Source: a virus
DNA: 64,000 nt
Direction: 5' to 3' (one strand)
Virus record (IMG/VR): IMGVR_UViG_3300031519_006853
Span: 64,001-128,000 of that record
Shown here: piece by piece, positions 56,259 to 64,000 of the stretch
Position numbering within the stretch: position 1 is the stretch's first letter
Layout of the letters: each line of letters opens with the position of its first letter
Notes under the pieces: generated by a model
Seen by the model: the letters and a program-made list of their open reading frames with translations, nothing else
Told to the model about the DNA's origin: nothing
The model's database searches: none
Program-made: the position numbers and the translations under genes

Positions 56259-57157
56259 TACTTTTTATATTTTTGCTTAAGCTGATGTATTTGTGTTTGT
56301 ATCTTTAATCTTTGCAAATCCATTTTGTCAAGTGATACTCTTAATTGATAATATTGAACGGCGAAAGGATCTTCTCTATCTTGCGCAGCTCTAAATCTTT
56401 CAATGTTTTGCTGTTCTCTTCTTTTTAATCTTTCAGCTGTTTCATTTGGATTAAATTCATGTTTAGCAGCTTCGGTAACTCCATCATTACCATCCATCGT
56501 ATCGTGAACTGAATTTAGATTTTTAACTGAGTCTGAGATTTTAGAATACATCCAAGCATCTAATGTTTGACCTTGTGACATTCTATCTTTAATCATATCA
56601 GCATAATCAGCGATTCTTTCAAGATCGGTATTTGCCATTTTATTTAAACCGCCTATAGTATCTTCACCTTCAATAACTACTGATTCATTTTCCATTACAT
56701 AAACATAATCTTCACCATCTTCCTTTGCTTTCTTCTTAGCCCATTTCTGAGCATCTGGCCATGACATCCCGTTTGGAATTTGCCACTCATCAGATCCATC
56801 ACGATTATATGAGAACATCCATCCACCATATCCTTTAGGTTTCTTACCATGAGATCTTACGTATCTTTCGGTTTCAATCTTAGCGGCTTCGGTAACTGCT
56901 GATTCACTAAATAATCTCTTACCAGTGTTATCTTCTAAATGTAATAGTGCTTTAGGATACTTTTCTTGCATTACATTAAACGTTGCAGGAGCAACATCTG
57001 GTGTACTTACTGGTTCTTGGTGTATTACCTTACCATCCTGTACAACTACAATTACTGCAGGATAACTTCCCTGCTTTGCAGCCTTGTGTACTTTACGCCT
57101 AGATGCCTCATTTACACTAAAGGATTCAAATCCTGGTATTAAATCTATACTTGCCAT
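56258..57157 (-). CDS. putative head-processed polyprotein
   Basis: IPGFESFSVNE|A; ESAVTE|A; ESVVIE|G; GVTE|A. Confidence 0.6.
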   Translation of the reverse strand: MASIDLIPGFESFSVNEASRRKVHKAAKQGSYPAVIVVVQDGKVIHQEPVSTPDVAPATFNVMQEKYPKALLHLEDNTGKRLFSESAVTEAAKIETERYVRSHGKKPKGYGGWMFSYNRDGSDEWQIPNGMSWPDAQKWAKKKAKEDGEDYVYVMENESVVIEGEDTIGGLNKMANTDLERIADYADMIKDRMSQGQTLDAWMYSKISDSVKNLNSVHDTMDGNDGVTEAAKHEFNPNETAERLKRREQQNIERFRAAQDREDPFAVQYYQLRVSLDKMDLQRLKIQTQIHQLKQKYKK

Positions 57158-57158
57158 A

Positions 57159-57644
57159 TTAAAATGTTGAATTTATAATTAGTTCTTGGATCTCACTTAT
57201 TAATTGTTTCTTCTCTCTTGATCCTTTTGGATTTCTTCCGTTAATTGCACTTATGTAATTTTTGTCAATTAAATAATCTGAAATTACTGTTGCTAATACT
57301 TTTGCTCCAGATGGTTTATCTTTTCCAGCTACTTGAACCATTGCTTCATCCATAGAACCGTAGTTTTCATATGCTCTATCCATAGATTCATTTACATGCT
57401 TCTTAGCTTCTTTAAGATATGATTCAGCTGTATGATCATTATTATCATTAGTTTCATACATGTTTGCTTGTTCAGCAATATGATTTGAACATGATTCAAT
57501 AATTCCTGTAACAGGAGTCATACTATATCCAGTTTCTGGTGTTGCACCACCTAATCCAAAATTCTGGATTCCTGATTGCCCAAAACCCATAACTGCAATT
57601 TCTTCATTTACTTCGAATTTATCAAAATTTGGTATCTTACTCAT
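57159..57644 (-). CDS. putative virion-internal protein
   Basis: MSKIPNFDKFEVNE; SMDE|A. Confidence 0.55.
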   Translation of the reverse strand: MSKIPNFDKFEVNEEIAVMGFGQSGIQNFGLGGATPETGYSMTPVTGIIESCSNHIAEQANMYETNDNNDHTAESYLKEAKKHVNESMDRAYENYGSMDEAMVQVAGKDKPSGAKVLATVISDYLIDKNYISAINGRNPKGSREKKQLISEIQELIINSTF

Positions 57645-57674
57645 AATTAGTTTTATATTTGTTTATATATTTGT

Positions 57675-57701
57675 AAACAAACATTAAGTTGTTGCATATA
57701 A
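57675..57701 (+). promoter_or_regulatory. class II motif (spacer +1)
   Basis: AAAC-N16-CATATAA. Confidence 0.45.
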
Positions 57702-57715
57702 AAATAAACACAATT

Positions 57716-57901
57716 ATGTCAGAATTTTTTAGAACAGCGATGGGTCGTAAATTAATTGATGGAGATATACCTAATTTGGTAAATGTCTTAGAAAGAATTG
57801 CAACTCAATTAGAAAGAAAAAACAAATTAGAGGAAAAGAAATTTATATTAGAAGAAAAAATCCAAAGACTTACAATAAAAGAATCAAATAAAAATGGCTA
57901 A
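57716..57901 (+). CDS. hypothetical phage protein
   Basis: MSEFFRTAMGRKLIDGDIP; start moved. Confidence 0.6.
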   Translation: MSEFFRTAMGRKLIDGDIPNLVNVLERIATQLERKNKLEEKKFILEEKIQRLTIKESNKNG

Positions 57902-58160
57902 AGGGGATATTACATATAAACAATTTATTGCTCACATGGATAAGGGTAGTAAAGTTTATATGAAAAAACCTAAGTCATGGCAAAAAGTCTGGTTTTGGTG
58001 GGAGAGCAAAAAAGACAAATGGTTTTTAAATAAAGCATTTGATAAAAGAACAGATGGAAGAGTAGAACCAGAGCCTTCAGTATGGATAACTGCAAAACAA
58101 ATGGACTCTCATTTTAATTTTATGTCAAGACAAGGTTATAAATATCATATAGATGAATAA
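57894..58160 (+). CDS. hypothetical protein
   Basis: ORF. Confidence 0.55.
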   Translation: MAKGDITYKQFIAHMDKGSKVYMKKPKSWQKVWFWWESKKDKWFLNKAFDKRTDGRVEPEPSVWITAKQMDSHFNFMSRQGYKYHIDE

Positions 58161-58497
58161 ATTACTATTAGCATTTGCATTGTTCTTTACTGGGCAAGCT
58201 GCAATATGGTTTCAAACAAATGGACAATTTGTATGGCCTTGGTTTAAAAAGAATCCTTTAACAGTATCAGTTCTATTTGGTACTGCAATTAGTTACATAT
58301 TAATATATGGTACTAAGTTTATGGTTGAATACTATGATGGCTTACTATGGCCAGGTAGATTTATTGCCTTTGGGTCTGGTATTATTTCTTTTACGTTTTT
58401 AACATGGTTTTTTCTTGGTGAAGGAATTACGACTAAAACAGTAGTCTCATTATTCATAGCATGTAGTTTAATTGGTATACAACTTCTTTGGAAATAA
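58153..58497 (+). CDS. 4-TM membrane protein
   Basis: four hydrophobic helices. Confidence 0.6.
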   Translation: MNKLLLAFALFFTGQAAIWFQTNGQFVWPWFKKNPLTVSVLFGTAISYILIYGTKFMVEYYDGLLWPGRFIAFGSGIISFTFLTWFFLGEGITTKTVVSLFIACSLIGIQLLWK

Positions 58498-59324
58498 TGA
58501 AAGACCCTTATAACATATTAGGAGTAGATAAATCTTCATCAGCTGATGATATTAAAAAAGCTTATAGAAAATTAGCTAAAAAATATCACCCAGATACTAC
58601 AAATGGAAATGAAGAAAAATTTAAAGAAGCAGCTGATGCATACGAAACTTTAGGTAATACTCAAAAGAAAGCACAGTATGACCAAATGCAATCTAATCCA
58701 TTTGGTAATTTTGGAGGTGGTGATTTTAATGATAGTATGTTTGAAGATTTACTTAGAAATCAAAATTTTAGTGGGGCGTTTAATCAGAGGTATGGATATA
58801 ATACAAAGGGTAGGAATACAACAGGTGTTTTAAGAATAACTTTAGCTGATGCTTATTACGGAACAAGTAGGGATGTAAACATTGGAATGAAAACAATAAA
58901 ACTTGATATCCCACCAGGAATACGAAATGGACAAAAGCTAAGATTAAAAGGACTAGGGCAAAGAGGCCAAACTGAAGAATTAAGCGGTGATCTTATTATG
59001 AACATTGAAGTTATAAATGATACTAACTTTTTTCTAGATAATCAAGGTTTGCATACTGTTAAGAATATAAGTATGTATGATGCCATACTTGGTGGAAAGG
59101 ATTCTATTAATTGTTATGATAAAATTATATCTTTTTCAATACCAAGAGGAACTACTAATGGAAAAGTATTGAGAGTTAAAGGAAAAGGGTTTCCTGTTTA
59201 TAAACAAGAAGGTAAGTATTCAGATTTACTTATAAGTGTAATAGTTGATATTCCAACTAATTTAGATAAGGAAGATGAAATATTAATTAAAAAAATTAAA
59301 GATAAGCATAATGGAAAAGGGTAA
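58497..59324 (+). CDS. dnaJ: DnaJ-class co-chaperone (CbpA-like, no zinc finger)
   Basis: DPYNILGV, KKAYRKLAKKYHPD, G/F region, C-terminal IPPG..GQKLRLKG. Confidence 0.9.
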   Translation: MKDPYNILGVDKSSSADDIKKAYRKLAKKYHPDTTNGNEEKFKEAADAYETLGNTQKKAQYDQMQSNPFGNFGGGDFNDSMFEDLLRNQNFSGAFNQRYGYNTKGRNTTGVLRITLADAYYGTSRDVNIGMKTIKLDIPPGIRNGQKLRLKGLGQRGQTEELSGDLIMNIEVINDTNFFLDNQGLHTVKNISMYDAILGGKDSINCYDKIISFSIPRGTTNGKVLRVKGKGFPVYKQEGKYSDLLISVIVDIPTNLDKEDEILIKKIKDKHNGKG

Positions 59325-59601
59325 CGGTTTTAGTGATGATTTTATTAGAAGTCTTTTACTAACATTAGAGCAAACAGATTTTGCTGAATTTATGAAATTA
59401 TCATATCATGTAGTAATGCAGAGTCCTAGCGCAGTTTTAAAAAGAAGAGACTCTATGGAATTAAAGCTAAAAAGTATTAATGGGATGATTAAATATTTTG
59501 AAGAAACTGAAGAATATGAAAAATGTACTAATTTACAAAAATTAAAATCAATGTTATTTGTAATTCCACCAGATGATGATGATCATAAAACTTTTAATTA
59601 A
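59311..59601 (+). CDS. small protein with UVR-like motif
   Basis: YFEETEEYEKCTNLQKLK. Confidence 0.55.
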   Translation: MEKGNGFSDDFIRSLLLTLEQTDFAEFMKLSYHVVMQSPSAVLKRRDSMELKLKSINGMIKYFEETEEYEKCTNLQKLKSMLFVIPPDDDDHKTFN

Positions 59602-59613
59602 TTTTACATATAA
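59588..59613 (+). promoter_or_regulatory. class II motif
   Basis: AAAC-N15-CATATAA. Confidence 0.55.
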
Positions 59614-59630
59614 CTAATAAATCAATCAAT

Positions 59631-59801
59631 ATGAACTTTTTAGAATTTATATTTCAATCATTTTGGCATTTTATAGGATGCGTATTTCTTTTAGCTATTG
59701 TAGTTCAGTGGAAACCTTTTGTATCTTCTAGACACCAAGGTCTAACTACCAAACAATTTAATGATATATTAGAAGAGCTTAAAAAGAAAAAGAGTAAGTA
59801 A
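59631..59801 (+). CDS. small membrane protein (not in ORF track)
   Basis: MNFLEFIFQSFWHFIG. Confidence 0.5.
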   Translation: MNFLEFIFQSFWHFIGCVFLLAIVVQWKPFVSSRHQGLTTKQFNDILEELKKKKSK

Positions 59802-59808
59802 TTTTTAT

Positions 59809-59881
59809 TGTCCTATGGTGTAACTGGCAACACGTCTGTTTTTGGTACAGAAGAGTCGAGGTTCGAGCCCTTGTGGGACAA
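59809..59881 (+). tRNA. tRNA-Gln(UUG)
   Basis: TGTCCTA/TGGGACA, TCTGT-TTTTGGT-ACAGA, GGTTCGAGCCC. Confidence 0.93.
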
Positions 59882-59894
59882 CTATTTGTTTTAA

Positions 59895-59991
59895 AATTGT
59901 TAATAACTTTTTGAAAATAACGTGAATTTATAGTTCAGAACCGAGAAAATTGTATTATATTTATATTATAATAAATTAAACAAAACGGAAT
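59895..59991 (+). promoter_or_regulatory. class I element, copy 9/9
   Basis: same motif. Confidence 0.75.
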
Positions 59992-61293
59992 ATGACTGAA
60001 CTAACAAAAAACCTAAATTATCTACAATCATTTATTGATGAAATGAATGATTCATCTTCGGGTAATTACAAAATTGAAACTATTAAGAAACACTCTGATA
60101 GTAAATTTCTACAAATGATTTTTAATTATACTTATAATCCTTATAAGAAATATAATGTAACTTCAAAAAATTGTAAAAAGAATTTTGATTTACTTGGCCA
60201 TGCAAATACTTATGGTAGTATCTTTACTATATTAAATGATTTAGCAAACAGAGTTTCTACTGGGCATACTTCAATTGCAAATGTTAACAGATTTATCTTA
60301 GAAAATAAACAACATGAAACTCTTATTTATAATATTATTGATAGAGACCTTAAAATGGGTGCATCTACCAGTTCTATTAACAAAGTAATTCCAGGATGTA
60401 TACCAACATTCAAGGTTGCATTAGCAAATCCTTATAATGTAAAAAGAGTAGATTTCAAAAGTGGAGACTGGTACGGTTCTAGAAAATTAGATGGAGTTCG
60501 TTGTATTTGCCGAAAAGAAAATGATATAGTAACATTCTTTTCTAGGAGTGGTAAAGAATTTTTAACATTAGGTAATTTAGAAAATGAAATTCTAAAGATT
60601 CCAGGTAACTTTATTTTAGATGGAGAAATCTGTATGGTTGATAAAGATGGCAATGAAGATTTTCAAGGAATCATGAAACAGATTAGAAAAAAGGATCATC
60701 AAATTGAAAAACCTAAATTCTTTGTATTTGATTATTTAACCTTAGAACAATTTGATAATCAAACTGGAACTACACCATTAACATTAAGATTAAGAAATGG
60801 TTATCATAACTTACCAAATGATGTTAACTATGATATGTTAGAATTCTTACCACAAGAACAATTAACTACCGAAGAACAATTTACTGAAATGGCAAAGGCT
60901 GCTGAAGATGCAGGATTTGAAGGAATCATGGTTAGAAAGAATGTAGGCTATGAAGGTAAAAGAAGCCATAATCTACTAAAGGTTAAAAAATTCCATGATG
61001 CAGAATATACCGTCTTAGGAACTACCAATGCATTTATCCGATGGACAGAAAATGGTAAACAAGTAGAAAGAGAATGTTTAAGTAACATTACAATTGAACA
61101 TAAAGGTTGTAAAGTAAATGTAGGATCAGGATTTTCTAAAGAACAAAGAGAAATGTACTTTGATTTTCCACAGAATATTATAGGTAAGACTGTAACAATT
61201 CAATACTTTGAGGAAACTAAAAATCAAAACGGAGGATTCAGTTTAAGGTTTCCTGTATTAAAACATGTTTATACCAATGGCAGAGATTGCTAA
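59992..61293 (+). CDS. ATP-dependent DNA ligase
   Basis: RKLDGVRC (motif I), LDGEI, EGIMVR, LLKVK, LRFP. Confidence 0.95.
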   Translation: MTELTKNLNYLQSFIDEMNDSSSGNYKIETIKKHSDSKFLQMIFNYTYNPYKKYNVTSKNCKKNFDLLGHANTYGSIFTILNDLANRVSTGHTSIANVNRFILENKQHETLIYNIIDRDLKMGASTSSINKVIPGCIPTFKVALANPYNVKRVDFKSGDWYGSRKLDGVRCICRKENDIVTFFSRSGKEFLTLGNLENEILKIPGNFILDGEICMVDKDGNEDFQGIMKQIRKKDHQIEKPKFFVFDYLTLEQFDNQTGTTPLTLRLRNGYHNLPNDVNYDMLEFLPQEQLTTEEQFTEMAKAAEDAGFEGIMVRKNVGYEGKRSHNLLKVKKFHDAEYTVLGTTNAFIRWTENGKQVERECLSNITIEHKGCKVNVGSGFSKEQREMYFDFPQNIIGKTVTIQYFEETKNQNGGFSLRFPVLKHVYTNGRDC

Positions 61294-61366
61294 TCACAGA
61301 CACCTTTTAAGTACATCTAGTGAATTAATCCAACTTTGTTGATAAATAATAAAAGGAAAATTTAAA

Positions 61367-61948
61367 GTGAGGCTATTTGAAGCAAATAAAAGAAATGCAA
61401 TTACCATATTTGATGTGGATGATACTCTTGTAGTTACTCGTAGTAAAATTAAAGTTCATAATCCTAAAACTGGCTTTTCAGCTGATCTTACTCCACAAGA
61501 ATTTAATACATTTAAGACTAGACCAAATGATAAAATGGATTTTTCAGATTTTCAAAGTTTGGATATTCTTAAAGCTGGTAAAATTATTGAATGGGTTTTC
61601 TCAATATTAAAAAGAACTATACAAAAAGGTAAGGCTGTTGGTATTATAACAGCAAGAGATGATTCAAAACTTATTCAACAATTTTTGTCTCATAATGGAA
61701 TTAACATAAACCCACAATACATATTTGCTATTAATGATTCTTCATTAGGATTTAAAGGTTCTACATCAGAGAAGAAAAAGGAAGCATTTAAAAAATTCAT
61801 AGATATGGGATTTAATGATTTTACATTTTTTGATGATGATGAAGATAATATTAAATTAGCTAAGTCTTTAAGTAAAGAACCTAATATTAAAATGAAAGCT
61901 AAACTAATTAAAAGCAAATGGATTCCAAAATTCGACGACTTCAAGTAA
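61367..61948 (+). CDS. HAD-superfamily protein
   Basis: IFDVDDTL, ITAR, FFDDDEDN; GTG start. Confidence 0.75.
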   Translation: MRLFEANKRNAITIFDVDDTLVVTRSKIKVHNPKTGFSADLTPQEFNTFKTRPNDKMDFSDFQSLDILKAGKIIEWVFSILKRTIQKGKAVGIITARDDSKLIQQFLSHNGININPQYIFAINDSSLGFKGSTSEKKKEAFKKFIDMGFNDFTFFDDDEDNIKLAKSLSKEPNIKMKAKLIKSKWIPKFDDFK

Positions 61949-62391
61949 AGATAGAAACCTTTTCTAAAATTTTAGATAATATAAAAAATCTTTCCAATTC
62001 TTCAACAACCAAAGTAGGGTGCATTGCATTAAGAAAGGATTTTAGTAAAATTGCAAGCTTTGGTTATAACGGATCTTATAGTGGTGCAAATGATAATGAA
62101 AAAACAGGTACCGAAGAAGATAGTCTAATACCAGGGGAAAGTGGCTTTATTCATGCTGAGGTAAATATGATTGCTAAATTTAAAGAACATGACCCCGAAA
62201 ATTACATTGTTCTTTTAACATTGTCTCCATGTAAAATGTGTACAAAAATTCTAGTTAATGCTGGATTTAAACATGTATATTGGATTGATGATTATCGTAA
62301 CCTAGATCATTTACAAATTTTTAAACAATGTAATATTACAAATGGGCCTATATCATTACTCGCAGATGACTACCATCTAATCAAAGACTGA
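61918..62391 (+). CDS. dCMP deaminase
   Basis: KVGC, SFGYNG, HAEVN, SPCKMC. Confidence 0.9.
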   Translation: MDSKIRRLQVKIETFSKILDNIKNLSNSSTTKVGCIALRKDFSKIASFGYNGSYSGANDNEKTGTEEDSLIPGESGFIHAEVNMIAKFKEHDPENYIVLLTLSPCKMCTKILVNAGFKHVYWIDDYRNLDHLQIFKQCNITNGPISLLADDYHLIKD

Positions 62392-62416
62392 ATATATAAA
62401 AAAATAATAGATCCCA

Positions 62417-62992
62417 TTGATTTTAGAAGGAATAACATTTAAGTTAGCTTTAGACTTTTTTACCTTTTTGAAAAAAAATAAAATAACCTCTACAAGTATA
62501 AAGGTTGATTTTTTCAATAGAGTGAAACATGAATATATTGATTTTGCAGATGTTACTGCGATGGAAGTATACTACAGTACTAATTATAGTCCTCTTAATA
62601 ATTGTAACTTAGGAGATTTGGTTTCTATTTCATTTTTCTTAGCCACGAGTAATCTTTATGATTTTACAACCGAATTCAAAGCAATGGATGTTACTAATAA
62701 CCTAAAGCTTGAAACAGGTTCTGCATATGATAGACAACGAAAAGCCGGAAGACAAGTATTTATAGATAGGCAAATTCAATTAATCAAGAATGCAGTTACT
62801 GATTATGTAAAGTATTACTCAGAGTTAAAATATATTTATGTAACTGGAATTTATTCACCTTGTTATGCAGTACCAGGTTGGTCTGAAAACACATGGTATC
62901 TTAAATCTTTCCGTGAAGCATTTATTTCACCAAAGGATACTTCGCAGTTTCCATACAATGATGTAAAGATTGAGGAATTCCCCCCAAACTAA
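62417..62992 (+). CDS. hypothetical protein
   Basis: ORF after a late-type motif. Confidence 0.6.
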   Translation: MILEGITFKLALDFFTFLKKNKITSTSIKVDFFNRVKHEYIDFADVTAMEVYYSTNYSPLNNCNLGDLVSISFFLATSNLYDFTTEFKAMDVTNNLKLETGSAYDRQRKAGRQVFIDRQIQLIKNAVTDYVKYYSELKYIYVTGIYSPCYAVPGWSENTWYLKSFREAFISPKDTSQFPYNDVKIEEFPPN

Positions 62993-63033
62993 ATATATAA
63001 AGAAGAAGAATAAATAAAAAAATATTTAACTCA

Positions 63034-64000
63034 ATGGCAACGTCATTTAACCTACAAGAATATATTCTTTTCAGAACAGAAATAAAAAGAGAGCTCACCA
63101 ATAACGAGGTTGATACTAATTTTAAAATGGTAGCTAACCCATGGGAAACTACTAGAATATATGAAATAGGAAACATTGTATATCATCCTGTTATCGTGGA
63201 TGATCCTGCTACTACAGGTGAAGATCAAGTCTTAGCTTGGTGGAGAGCAAATGCAAGAACTACACAAGGTGTATTTGATACTAGTCAATGGGATATAATC
63301 GGTGGATTAGGTTCAGGTAATATTAATATACAAGGATCAGTAGGTTTTGGAAAAATTAATGTAAATTCAACTGCTGCTGCATCATTCCAAGCAGGTAATG
63401 ATGCTTTAATAACTTCAACTACACCTAATGATACTTTTAATTTTATTGCAGGGCAAGGAATGCAACTACAATATGATTTAACTTCTAAGTCAATAAAGTT
63501 AGTAAACACACTAGCTGCTAATCCAGGTGAGGTTAATGTAGGTGAAAATATTGGAACAGGAACTGGGCACCAGGATGTTTATGCTGGTAAGGTTGGTCTT
63601 AATTTACAATTTAATGGATTTCAGTCAACCAATACTGGTACAGGCGATGCATTATCTATAAGTACAAATAGTACACAAAAAAATATTGAATATAATTTTA
63701 ATGAAGGGTTAGTTGATCTTGCTGAATTAAATAGCGGAGTACCAACAATTGGTATGCTATCTGATGTATCTCCGAATGTTCCTAATCCTCAAGATATTTT
63801 ACAATGGAATGTTGGTAATGGTTTATGGACTCCAATACCATTAGGCTCATTAGGACAAGTAAATATTTATGGTAATGATGGAAGTATTGCATCAGCAGGA
63901 AGGATTGTTTCTTTAAATGGTGGGGCTGGGCAATTACAATTTAATAGGATTAATGAAGCTGGTACAGGTATACATTTTGAAAATACAGCAGCTACTCATC
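63034..64000 (+). CDS. putative tail-fibre/structural protein, truncated by the window end
   Basis: MATSFNLQEYILFRTEIKRELTNNEVDTNF; G/N/T-rich; ILQWN; no stop seen before 64000. Confidence 0.65.
   Translation, partial: MATSFNLQEYILFRTEIKRELTNNEVDTNFKMVANPWETTRIYEIGNIVYHPVIVDDPATTGEDQVLAWWRANARTTQGVFDTSQWDIIGGLGSGNINIQGSVGFGKINVNSTAAASFQAGNDALITSTTPNDTFNFIAGQGMQLQYDLTSKSIKLVNTLAANPGEVNVGENIGTGTGHQDVYAGKVGLNLQFNGFQSTNTGTGDALSISTNSTQKNIEYNFNEGLVDLAELNSGVPTIGMLSDVSPNVPNPQDILQWNVGNGLWTPIPLGSLGQVNIYGNDGSIASAGRIVSLNGGAGQLQFNRINEAGTGIHFENTAATH

Noticed and set aside
26149-59991. The nine-copy conserved element as a CRISPR array or mobile repeat
   Set aside because: Copies are dispersed, separated by whole genes and always placed just upstream of an ATG; there is no spacer periodicity, cas gene or transposase.
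59992-61293. Introns, inteins or homing endonucleases in ligase, thyA or clpC
   Set aside because: The ORFs are continuous and of normal size; no intein, LAGLIDADG, HNH or GIY-YIG motifs were seen.
1-64000. Stop-codon reassignment (code 15/4), prompted by the CTA/TTA loops in the tRNA-like RNA
   Set aside because: Conserved enzymes are full length under code 11, and TAG/TGA end genes at normal junctions (e.g. 26432, 49522, 55402) with the next gene in another frame.

Overview
AT-rich window, almost entirely plus-strand, from a large T4-like/'huge' dsDNA phage. The host is most likely Bacteroidota (Flavobacteriia-like): it carries a Bacteroidota-type ClpP, a DUF2452-like protein, ribosomal protein S21 and lipobox lipoproteins, and genes lack Shine-Dalgarno motifs. 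Contents: (i) several glycan synthesis/modification clusters (GT25/GT2/GT4, KdsD, KdsB, DegT-type aminotransferase, GNAT and hexapeptide acetyltransferases, methyltransferases, RmlB/C/D-like enzymes, three 2OG-Fe(II) oxygenases); (ii) three clusters of putative virion-internal proteins sharing a T4 capsid-targeting-like leader (MK[HYFN]IK..F...[LIV][NDT]E). Several of these look like polyproteins of small modules joined by repeated (E)S[VLI][ND]E|A linkers, and one carries an iota-carbonic-anhydrase-like domain; (iii) ClpC-ClpP, DnaJ, three UVR-like small proteins, UvsE, a RecA-family ATPase, ThyA, dCMP deaminase and ATP-dependent DNA ligase; (iv) three canonical tRNAs and two strongly non-canonical tRNA-like RNAs; (v) three recurring promoter-like motif classes; (vi) two GC-richer non-coding islands enriched in GTAC or CTAG/TCTAGA with nested inverted repeats. 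All calls come from motif recognition by eye; no searches were run.
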